IMG/VR virus record: IMGVR_UViG_3300044820_000029
Location: 1 to 53,796 of that record
Direction: 5' to 3' (one strand)
Length of the DNA stretch: 53,796 nt
DNA from: a virus
Lineage: Duplodnaviria; Caudoviricetes
Shown here piece by piece: positions 43,061 through 50,926 of this stretch. Made by a program: the position numbers and the translations under genes. Position 1 is the first letter of the stretch, and every line of letters begins with the position of its first letter. The notes under the pieces were generated by a model, which searched no databases, was not told the DNA's origin, and worked only from the letters and a program-made list of their open reading frames with translations.

Positions 43061-44671
43061 TCAACCGTTATCTGCACCAGTTTTAGCCGGCATCGGCACC
43101 ACCACCGCCGACCCATCCCGCGAAATCTGCCACGCCGACAGCCGCCCGTTCGGCACCAGGATCGCCGAGCCGTCCGACCGGATCCATCGGGCGTCCTGTG
43201 CCCTGTCGTCGCCAAATTCCCAGCGCTGCCCGTTCGCGTCGTCCAGGACACCGCCTGACCAGCTACGCCGCACCGGTACCCATCCGCCCTGCCGTTCAGC
43301 AGCCGGTCGGAACGAGGCGATCAGCGCAGCGCCGCTTGGCGTATCGAGCAGCTTTGGACCCTTCGGCGCGTCCCCGGACGGTTCCGGCGCACGCATATCA
43401 TACGCGCAGTGCGGGCAATCAAGCGTGCCCTTGACGACTTCCCCGAGACACGCCGGGCACAGCTTGGTCATCGGCGCGTCGCACGCCCAGCACTTCCGCG
43501 CTGCGCTCGGATTGCGTTTTCCGCAGCATTCGCAAGTGGCGAGGTGGACTTTTGTGTCTTTGGGACGGATGAAATCTAGGGGTCCGAACTCCGCAGAATT
43601 GTCGGCGAAGTCGAGCAACAGAGCGTCACTCTTGCCGCGGGCGATACTGGTCTGCATGTTGCCGCCAATCGTGCGGAGCATTCGGCCTACGATCTGCACC
43701 CACAGACCTAGCGATTTCGTCCGGCGCCGGCACACCAGCAAATCGATTTCTTGGACGTCGAAACCCACCGTAAGACAGTCCAGATTCACCAATGCCCGCA
43801 ACTGCCCGGAGCGGAGCTGTTCGGTAGCGCGTTGGCGCGCAATATCGTCCGCCTTCGACCGACTCCCGAGCACCAGGCCAGTTGGAATGCCCCATTCGTT
43901 CATCCGCTGCGCCATGGCGACCGCGGCCTTGGTCGACGCTTCGAACACCAACCACGAACGACGATCGCGACCGTAATGAAGCATCTGCGCAATATGATTA
44001 TCCATTAGCGCGATCATCTGATCATCAGACGACGCGCCCGTGTATTCACCCTGCCGAACACGCAGTTTGGTGGGATCGATTCGGTCGTCAACCGGAACGG
44101 AGAACGGCGGAACCAAAAAGCCGTCGCGGATCCCGTCCAAGATCGAATAGCGGTACACGATCTTGTCGAATGGCGCGTCCTCGCCATCGGTAAGGGATCC
44201 GCCGAGCATTCGAAACGGCGTACCTGTTCCACCGATAAGCCGCGGATATCCGAGTTCGCGATGAAACTGGCGAAACATGCCGGATTCGCTGTGTTGCCAC
44301 AAATGCGCTTCGTCACCACACAGCAACCCAATCGGTCCGAACGATCTTGCGGACCGATGCACCGACTGGATCTGCGCAACGATGACAGGCATCCGCCAGT
44401 CGCGCCGATCTAGCGTTGCGGAATTGATGCCTGCTTCTACACCGACATCTGCGCAAGCGTCGAATGTCTGTTGAACTAACTCAACACGATGCGCCGCTAT
44501 TATGGTTCGCTCGCCACGCTCAACCCATGCGCGTTTCGCGTTCATGGCGTACAGATGTGACTTGCCGCCGCCGACGCAGATGTCGACTAGGGGTCGGTTG
44601 ATGCCCGCGCGAAAAGCGGTGTCGACGGCTTGCTCTGCAGCGATCTGATGAGGTCGCGGGACGAAGGTCAT
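43061..44671 (-). CDS. SF2 DEAH helicase with C-terminal zinc ribbons
   Basis: VGGGKS, DEAH, TGTPFR, GFD, QIVGRMLR and several CxxC. Confidence 0.92.
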   Translation of the reverse strand: MTFVPRPHQIAAEQAVDTAFRAGINRPLVDICVGGGKSHLYAMNAKRAWVERGERTIIAAHRVELVQQTFDACADVGVEAGINSATLDRRDWRMPVIVAQIQSVHRSARSFGPIGLLCGDEAHLWQHSESGMFRQFHRELGYPRLIGGTGTPFRMLGGSLTDGEDAPFDKIVYRYSILDGIRDGFLVPPFSVPVDDRIDPTKLRVRQGEYTGASSDDQMIALMDNHIAQMLHYGRDRRSWLVFEASTKAAVAMAQRMNEWGIPTGLVLGSRSKADDIARQRATEQLRSGQLRALVNLDCLTVGFDVQEIDLLVCRRRTKSLGLWVQIVGRMLRTIGGNMQTSIARGKSDALLLDFADNSAEFGPLDFIRPKDTKVHLATCECCGKRNPSAARKCWACDAPMTKLCPACLGEVVKGTLDCPHCAYDMRAPEPSGDAPKGPKLLDTPSGAALIASFRPAAERQGGWVPVRRSWSGGVLDDANGQRWEFGDDRAQDARWIRSDGSAILVPNGRLSAWQISRDGSAVVVPMPAKTGADNG

Positions 44672-45546
44672 TTCGTCCTCGCCAGGTATGCATCACGTTG
44701 CGCCTGTGACCACGATTTTCCTTTATGCGATTCGCTCATCCTCGCACGATGCTCTGGCGTGCGCTTTTTCCCTGTGCGACCTACAGCAGACCTTGCGATA
44801 GCATCCGGAGACTGCTTTCGCCCTTTACTTGCGATGCTCATTCTTACCTTGGTTTCGTCGCTATATCTTTTGCCGGTGTGTGCCACGCTTTGTTTTGCTC
44901 GCGTCTCGGGCGACGCTACGGCGCCGGTTTTGTGAGCACTGGTAATTGCTCGTAATCTGTCACCTTCCGGTCCGGCATACAGTGCTTTCTTAGATGCACT
45001 GAGTCGTTCTCGTTGTTCGGGTGTCAGCTTCCGACCTGTCACCTTAGCGCGCATCCGCTCTTTTCGTTCTTCCGGCCACGTTCGCCCGATCATAAACTGC
45101 CGAATCTTTTCCCGCTGTTCGGGTGTCAGTTTTCGACCTTTGTTTGCGGCTATTATCTTGGCGCGAGTTTCGTCCGACACGACGCGACCGGGCGCACCCG
45201 CACCGCCGTTCGCCGTGTTGCAACTCCCCGGAAACGAAAACCGCAGAAGTTCAATCCATCGTTTTTCGCGCGCCGGCCAATCGCCACCGACCGGGACGAT
45301 TTCGACCACATGAATTCGGATGTTGTCAGGACCACATTCGCGGACTCTCGCGTGAACTTTGCGAGTGCCGTTTATGGCTTCGTAGAGGTGGCAAGCGAGC
45401 CGCTGATGCGGTGGCAATACGGTCTTACCGCAATAGAATGGCGTGTTCGTCCTGGTGTCGACTAACCAATAGATGTTGGTCGGGCGTGTATTCGGAACAC
45501 GACGAATCGGCAATGAACTGACGTCTATGGTCCGGCAATCTGTCAT
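44668..45546 (-). CDS. GIY-YIG homing endonuclease with NUMOD3 repeats
   Basis: NIYWLVD...FYCGKT, REKRWI, repeated (K)GRKLTPEQR. Confidence 0.88.
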   Translation of the reverse strand: MTDCRTIDVSSLPIRRVPNTRPTNIYWLVDTRTNTPFYCGKTVLPPHQRLACHLYEAINGTRKVHARVRECGPDNIRIHVVEIVPVGGDWPAREKRWIELLRFSFPGSCNTANGGAGAPGRVVSDETRAKIIAANKGRKLTPEQREKIRQFMIGRTWPEERKERMRAKVTGRKLTPEQRERLSASKKALYAGPEGDRLRAITSAHKTGAVASPETRAKQSVAHTGKRYSDETKVRMSIASKGRKQSPDAIARSAVGRTGKKRTPEHRARMSESHKGKSWSQAQRDAYLARTK

Positions 45547-45587
45547 GCTGGCACAATAAAACAGACCGGCTTATTGTCAACCGTAAA

Positions 45588-45854
45588 CTACGCCGGCGAT
45601 GCACCGCCGGCGGTCAGCGTGAACGACCCGTCCTGCGCGCAGCCATCGGCGCGGATGTGCCAATGCACCGGAAACACCGGCGAGGCTACCGAACTGTCCC
45701 AGACGGCCACCTGGTCAACCATTATGAGGGATTCGGACTTGTTACCGGAATGCCGGATGTGGACCACCGCCGACACCGGCACGAACAGCACGCCGGCCGC
45801 GTCGCGGCAGTCGGCGCGAAATGTTATGTGGGATCCGCGGACGAAAGATTGCAT
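45588..45854 (-). CDS. Hypothetical protein
   Basis: 88-aa ORF within the operon. Confidence 0.6.
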   Translation of the reverse strand: MQSFVRGSHITFRADCRDAAGVLFVPVSAVVHIRHSGNKSESLIMVDQVAVWDSSVASPVFPVHWHIRADGCAQDGSFTLTAGGASPA

Positions 45855-45912
45855 GTCACTGACCCCGCCCCTACCGTTACGTTCAGCGAACCAACCACCT
45901 CAACGCTGGCAG

Positions 45913-46134
45913 TCAGTTCGCACCCGGTAAAGGGGAGTTGGTCAACTGCGCCAGCACGGCCCGCGCCTCGTTGGTGGCGGTCTTGACGTCCGACACATAG
46001 GACCGGAACTGTTCGGTCACTTGGGCGCTGTCGGCGAGCGCCGCGGTCAGTTCGTCGGCGACCTGACCGGCTTCGTCGTCTAGCTTTTGAATTCCGCCGC
46101 TGGTCACGTTCGCAAGGCGTTGCAGTCCGCGCAT
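45913..46134 (-). CDS. Hypothetical helical protein
   Basis: GGGGA RBS; MRGLQRLANV... Confidence 0.6.
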   Translation of the reverse strand: MRGLQRLANVTSGGIQKLDDEAGQVADELTAALADSAQVTEQFRSYVSDVKTATNEARAVLAQLTNSPLPGAN

Positions 46135-46146
46135 TGGTTTTTCCCC

Positions 46147-46203
46147 GTATCGTTGAATTGACCGTGAAGCTTCGTTGGTGGTGTATCGTTGAATCGATCG
46201 TGA
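46147..46203. repeat. Two 21-bp direct repeats with a 36-bp period
   Basis: GTATCGTTGAATTGACCGTGA and GTATCGTTGAATCGATCGTGA. Confidence 0.8.
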
Positions 46204-46263
46204 TAGGTGCAAATCGAGCAGTTGCGAGAGTTGGAGCGTTACAGACATTTGGTTAGTTTACCG

Positions 46264-46500
46264 TCACCGACCCTGCACACGCGCCAATTCGATGTGCTTC
46301 CAAAACGGCCGGAAGAACCGATTCAGCGCCTTCGGCTTGCGACCTTCCCAGCGATCGATCGGGCGCCACATCTCGCGACGCTCGCCAAAGGGCCGAAACC
46401 GATAATAGACCCGAGCTGTCCGGCCGTCGCGGCATTCGACCGCGGCGTGCCATTCGTGCTGGTCGACCCGAATATTCGGAGTGCGGTAAAGGCAAGCCAT
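46264..46500 (-). CDS. Hypothetical protein
   Basis: MACLYRTPNIRV...; basic and aromatic-rich. Confidence 0.55.
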   Translation of the reverse strand: MACLYRTPNIRVDQHEWHAAVECRDGRTARVYYRFRPFGERREMWRPIDRWEGRKPKALNRFFRPFWKHIELARVQGR

Positions 46501-46702
46501 AGTACGGCTACTGCCACGGACGCTGCAGGCCGACCGTGACCAGGCACGCCACGCCAACGAAAAGAACAATCATAAGCCCTTGAAATTCAGTCATGGTAAA
46601 CTCCTCTGTTGATTGTAAACCGCTATCTAGCACGAAGAAAATGGTCCGGCAAGCCGGACACGTCCGGAAACGCCGCGGTCAGTTGTTCAAGTCGTGTCGT
46701 CA

Positions 46703-46897
46703 TCACCCAATCCTCCTCATCACAACCGGCACACCCTGCCGTTCCAACCGATCGATCAAACCCACCCATTCCAGCGACCCACCAACCGCGCCGACAAATT
46801 CGACCAGCTCGGCACGCGAAAACAGGTAGTGCCCGCAATCCTCGCCGAGCACCGTTGCGCCTGCGTCGATGGCGACCCGGTGGAGCGTATCAGTCAT
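46703..46897 (-). CDS. Hypothetical protein
   Basis: GGAG RBS; MTDTLHRVAI... Confidence 0.55.
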   Translation of the reverse strand: MTDTLHRVAIDAGATVLGEDCGHYLFSRAELVEFVGAVGGSLEWVGLIDRLERQGVPVVMRRIG

Positions 46898-47090
46898 GCG
46901 TCTCCACCAGCTCATACGCCACCGAATAGCCGCCCGCGTCGTTCGGTTCGATCCGGGCGATGTAGAATTTGCCGAGCCAAGAACCGTCCGGCTGTTCGAC
47001 GTAGCCGCAGCGGCGCAGTTCGATCTTGCGGGCTTCAAGCCGATCGGTTGACCGGATTTGTTCAATCACGCACTGGTCATCGTGGGTCAT
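46890..47090 (-). CDS. Hypothetical protein
   Basis: AAGGGA RBS; downstream of the palindromic promoter at 47136. Confidence 0.65.
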   Translation of the reverse strand: MTHDDQCVIEQIRSTDRLEARKIELRRCGYVEQPDGSWLGKFYIARIEPNDAGGYSVAYELVETHD

Positions 47091-47143
47091 GTCGCGTCCC
47101 CTTCGTTAGGTTCGCAGTAACCATACACGTCGTCGGTTTATTG

Positions 47144-47641
47144 TCAACCAGCAATCGTATCAAGTTCGCCACGTTCCAGGAAGTCTCGCGGCAGCGCGAT
47201 GATTTCCAGCCCCAGCGCCTTGCCGGTCGCGCGTTCAGCCCGCGCACCGGCCGAATTTTCCCAGCCGGGCAGCAACGCAACCGCGTCTGCATACGCGCAG
47301 ATCCACGCCAGATCGGCGCCGAGCGCTTCGCGCAGGCTGAAACCATGCTCACGGGCTGCGCGGTCCTCGCACCCATCGATATTGCCGGCCGAAATGTCCG
47401 TGCCGTGGTGCTCGTTGTCGCGATCGGCCGGGTTGAACACTTCGAACCCGAGTCGGCGCAGGTGTTCGGCGGCTTTGTAGAACGCCGGAAAATTGAAATG
47501 TGGAATGCCACGCATCGGGCCGGCGAGGTAGATGCGCCGCGCCCTGGACTTACCAACCAGCGCCAATTCGTCCGACGCATCGTGGTCGATCGGAAATGCG
47601 TCGATCATGTCCGTTCCGCTCGGGAATTTACGCGACGGCAT
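47144..47641 (-). CDS. DUF4406 / nucleoside 2-deoxyribosyltransferase-like protein
   Basis: IYLAGPMRG...NFPAF...VFNPA...DAVALLPGWENSAGARAE. Confidence 0.85.
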   Translation of the reverse strand: MPSRKFPSGTDMIDAFPIDHDASDELALVGKSRARRIYLAGPMRGIPHFNFPAFYKAAEHLRRLGFEVFNPADRDNEHHGTDISAGNIDGCEDRAAREHGFSLREALGADLAWICAYADAVALLPGWENSAGARAERATGKALGLEIIALPRDFLERGELDTIAG

Positions 47642-47906
47642 TGAACATCCCCCAATGCGAGCACGACACGTCGGGTTCGGGCTGTTCGCCACGATAGTAC
47701 GCGACGACCTCGTTGAACGAGACAAGACGACCGCTGAAAATAGGTTCGAGTATTCTAGTGACAAGCCACATCTTTTCGTTCGGGTCGCGATTCCCGCAAC
47801 TGCCGCTAACATCATCCTTCCCGAAAATTGCCATGCTGGCCCGTTGTTCCGGTGTCCACTCGCGCTGCTCACGCCGATCGGCGATCTTTTGCGTCACCCC
47901 GGTCAT
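47628..47906 (-). CDS. Hypothetical protein
   Basis: GGAGG RBS; ATGA-coupled. Confidence 0.6.
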   Translation of the reverse strand: MTGVTQKIADRREQREWTPEQRASMAIFGKDDVSGSCGNRDPNEKMWLVTRILEPIFSGRLVSFNEVVAYYRGEQPEPDVSCSHWGMFNAVA

Positions 47907-48166
47907 GACGCACCTCCGTCACGAACGATGCGGAAACCGCCTACCTTAAGCTTTTCGATCACACTATCCGCGCCCCACGTACCGCGCGCACCAAGATATT
48001 CCGTCACTTCCTGCTCAACCGACTTCGGTTCGGCGACCGGCAGCACGCCGGAGGCGATCAGGAAGTCGACGTCGTTTTCCATTCTCCGATTAGAAAATGG
48101 CAGACCACCAGCAACTTCGATCCGTTTTTGCACCCACTCGTCGCGCGTTTTGGCTTGTATCGTCAT
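47903..48166 (-). CDS. Hypothetical protein
   Basis: GAGGA RBS. Confidence 0.6.
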   Translation of the reverse strand: MTIQAKTRDEWVQKRIEVAGGLPFSNRRMENDVDFLIASGVLPVAEPKSVEQEVTEYLGARGTWGADSVIEKLKVGGFRIVRDGGAS

Positions 48167-48232
48167 TTCAAAGCATCCTCTATTATGCGCAGCATCCTGC
48201 GCGGTGAAGGGTCCATACGGTGTCGCGCACGG

Positions 48233-48373
48233 TCAGCCCTCCACCGGTTGCCGCTTCAACCACATGATGATCCGATCGTGACGCGCGAAGGTTTCCAAGT
48301 TGCCTTCGTCCCACGCCCGCATCGCGCGGTCCTGGTGCCAGTCGATCACGTTGTCGCGCTGAATCTTGGTCAT
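48233..48373 (-). CDS. Small hypothetical protein
   Basis: AAGGA RBS; MTKIQRDNVIDWH... Confidence 0.5.
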   Translation of the reverse strand: MTKIQRDNVIDWHQDRAMRAWDEGNLETFARHDRIIMWLKRQPVEG

Positions 48374-48552
48374 GTCCTTCTCCGTTGGTGTTGCAATTTC
48401 CCGACTTCGGCGCGGTCGACCAGGCTTTCGGTCAAAATGCGCCGAACCTCTTGTTTCGCTTCGTCGTTGGTCGGCTCGCGACCGAGACGCACGGCGAGCC
48501 GATTCCAGATCGTATTCGGGTTGGCGTTGTGCCATGTGGTGCGAATTTCCAT
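48370..48552 (-). CDS. Small hypothetical protein
   Basis: NPNTIWNRLAVRLGREPT. Confidence 0.65.
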   Translation of the reverse strand: MEIRTTWHNANPNTIWNRLAVRLGREPTNDEAKQEVRRILTESLVDRAEVGKLQHQRRRT

Positions 48553-48582
48553 ATCGTCACCCTGCATCACAGCGGTTTATTA

Positions 48583-48855
48583 TCAACCAGTCACCAACAA
48601 ATAAACCGGCATTCCGTCAACGGTAATAACGCTCCCTTCATCAGATTCAACCAGCCCGACCGCATCATCCGCAACGTCCAACTCGCCAGCCACGGTCCGC
48701 GCGACCCAATCCCATCGACCGGCGCCAGTGATCCCGTGCGTCCAGAAAGCGCGCTGGCCGTCCAGGTGCGTGATGGTGGTTTGATTCGGGACAACAGGGA
48801 AAGCCCGCCGGTTGGTCTGGAAGTCGAGTAGTAGGGCAGTGTCTTGGGCGTTCAT
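48583..48855 (-). CDS. Hypothetical protein
   Basis: ATGA-coupled; the stop codon lies inside a palindrome. Confidence 0.65.
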   Translation of the reverse strand: MNAQDTALLLDFQTNRRAFPVVPNQTTITHLDGQRAFWTHGITGAGRWDWVARTVAGELDVADDAVGLVESDEGSVITVDGMPVYLLVTG

Positions 48856-49310
48856 GGTTGCACCTGTTTTGTACTAAAGGGCGGGGGCGAAATGAGCATC
48901 ACACCGTCGCCAACCGGATAATATTGAGCGCCGATGCGAGGAATGTCGGCAGGCCGGCCCTTGGGACCGCGCGCCCAAATCTTTGTGCGGACACCCCCGA
49001 TCATCGGTGCCTCTTGCCGGAACCCAAGATTTTGCATGATCCGACCGCGTTCGGTCGTGGTAACGTCGCTACCGATAAGAGCGGTCAGACCGGCCGCAGT
49101 GATGTAGGAAACATGGCGGCGATCATCACCGAACAACCCTTCGAGTCTCGCCTCGATTTCCGACTGCAGCGGCTTGGTTGCGGCAACCGCAGCGTCGTAT
49201 GCACCTGTGGCAATCTCGGTCGCGCAAGCGTCGTCGCCTGTGAATACTGGGTGGTTGACCAGGGCTGCGCGAACGGCTGCGATCACCGCCTGTCTGGTTG
49301 GAACGAGCAT
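48852..49310 (-). CDS. Free-standing paralogue of the primase-helicase C-terminal domain
   Basis: VSYITAAGL..RGRIMQNLGFRQEAPMIGGVRTKIWARGP..RPADIPRIG aligns with VSYVTAADL..RGRIMRNMGFRQDSPMIGGARAKVWVRGP..RPADIPKIG. Confidence 0.85.
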   Translation of the reverse strand: MLVPTRQAVIAAVRAALVNHPVFTGDDACATEIATGAYDAAVAATKPLQSEIEARLEGLFGDDRRHVSYITAAGLTALIGSDVTTTERGRIMQNLGFRQEAPMIGGVRTKIWARGPKGRPADIPRIGAQYYPVGDGVMLISPPPFSTKQVQP

Positions 49311-49983
49311 TTGAACCCTTTCAATGTACTGTCTAACTGAACTATTGTGTCATCCTATTGGTTTATTGTCAACCACGTTGATTTTGCCAATGTTCTCGTT
49401 TCGTACAACCGTTCCGTTGTTCAAACTAATAGTTCGCCTCAATAAAAAATTCTAACTATTTGATATCATTCATTGAATCGACTTCCATTGAACTAGGTTT
49501 GAACCACTGAACTGACTGAACTGAAGATTCTAAAGAGTATTGGACTATGTAAAGGGTATTTACATTAATACATTATTAGTATTACACAGACGCATGGCTC
49601 CGAGCCACGTCAACTGAAAGTCTTTGAAGGTGCGGTTCAGTCGTACAGTCGTACAGTGCGAAAAATTTGGCAGTTTTATCTCGCGATTACAATGAGATAC
49701 AGTGACAAACTAAACTGAACCATTGACTTCGAAAACTTGAACTGTACGGGGCTGATCGTACATAGAATCGATATTTTAATTCGACACGTTGAAATGTTAT
49801 TTCGTGTCAACCTGTAATAAGCACAAAAAGCTATGCGTTTGCTGAATATCGGCAAAAGTGAAACGAAAGCCCATAAAATACAAACGGAAGTTTAGCTGAA
49901 AGTACCCAACCAATATTATTGCCAACTTGTCAGTTGCACAGGCACTCGGATAGCGTGCGGCTTTTAGTTTCGGAGACACGCCG
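49311..49983. other. Candidate replication origin (AT-rich, ACTGWAC iterons, IHF consensus)
   Basis: Largest non-coding stretch. ACTGWAC at 49336, 49506, 49515, 49714 and 49741 (+) and at 49635, 49643 and 49651 (-). WATCAANNNNTTR match at 49453-49465 (-). Confidence 0.65.
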
Positions 49984-50415
49984 ATGCGAACCTTGTTGAC
50001 TATCGCCGCCATCCTGTTGAGTAGCGTCGCGTCCGCCAACTCATGGCACGTCGATCGCCACGTCGACAAGATGACCGATCGCACCGAAACCGCCGCTCTG
50101 GTCATCGCAGGCGACGCCACGCTGTATGTGTCATGCGTCAACGGCCAACCGCAGCCGCGTGTGCGTTGGGACAAGAGGATTGGCTACGGCGATCTCGGCG
50201 TGACATATCGTTTCGATGCGGGTGAGGTCGTGCCGCGCATGGCGATGCTATCGCAGAACGGGAAAGACTTGTGGCCGTGGCTCGGGGATCCGGCTGGTGC
50301 CATTGCCAAACTGCGGGCCGGAAAGAGAGTGCGCGTCCAGGTGACAGGCGGGCCGGTGCTGGATTTCGATCTAGGGCAGGGTGGTCAGGGGTTGCCGGAT
50401 ATTAGGTGCCGGTAA
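49984..50415 (+). CDS. Secreted / periplasmic hypothetical protein
   Basis: GGAG RBS; signal peptide MRTLLTIAAILLSSVASA. Confidence 0.8.
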   Translation: MRTLLTIAAILLSSVASANSWHVDRHVDKMTDRTETAALVIAGDATLYVSCVNGQPQPRVRWDKRIGYGDLGVTYRFDAGEVVPRMAMLSQNGKDLWPWLGDPAGAIAKLRAGKRVRVQVTGGPVLDFDLGQGGQGLPDIRCR

Positions 50416-50666
50416 TCAATTCACCGTAGCGGTAGCACTTTCCGATCTGGATTTCGCGCACGTCGATTTCAGTGATAAAACTGGAAAACCAATCGGTCGG
50501 GAGTTTGTATTGATTCCCGTGAGCGCGCAGACCATCCACCAAAGCGCACCAAGCGTCGCCGTGGTCAGTGCCGAACGCTTCGAATTCGAAACTGCGCGTG
50601 GTCAGTGCCGAACGCTTCGAATTCGAAACTGCGCGTGGTCAGCGATGCTTTGAAAATCGTGGTCAT
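50402..50666 (-). pseudogene. 75-aa gene disrupted by a 37-bp tandem duplication
   Basis: Removing one repeat unit restores MTTIFKASLTTRSFEFEAFGTDHGDAW...ELITGT*. Confidence 0.75.
50561..50642. repeat. 37-bp perfect tandem repeat (2 copies plus 8 bp)
   Basis: GTGGTCAGTGCCGAACGCTTCGAATTCGAAACTGCGC x2, then GTGGTCAG. Confidence 0.95.
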
Positions 50667-50667
50667 G

Positions 50668-50862
50668 TTACGCGCTCCGGTAATTTGCTGCGCGAAACTC
50701 ACGCTCGGTCAGCTCAACCGCCACGGGGTTGCCGCCCTGTTTCATGATCTGCGCGATGTGCTTGTCCTTGGCTGCGGTGCCGACGACGTGGAAAACGTTC
50801 TCGGCGCGCTGCATGTTCAGGCGGGTATTGAAGTAGGCGGGAACTTTGATCTGGTAAAACAT
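50668..50862 (-). CDS. Small hypothetical protein
   Basis: GGAG RBS; downstream of the palindromic promoter at 50912. Confidence 0.65.
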   Translation of the reverse strand: MFYQIKVPAYFNTRLNMQRAENVFHVVGTAAKDKHIAQIMKQGGNPVAVELTEREFRAANYRSA

Positions 50863-50926
50863 GGTCGGCTCCGTTGTGTTCGTGTTGGTAAACAAACCAT
50901 AACACGGGCCGGTTTATTGTCAACCA

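Noticed and set aside
49797-50174. Minus-strand 125-aa ORF over the origin edge
   Set aside because: It overlaps the better-supported signal-peptide gene on the plus strand and has no RBS or motif.
50561-50642. 37-bp repeats with an internal palindrome resembling a CRISPR repeat
   Set aside because: The copies are directly adjacent with no spacer, lie inside a coding frame, and there is no cas operon.
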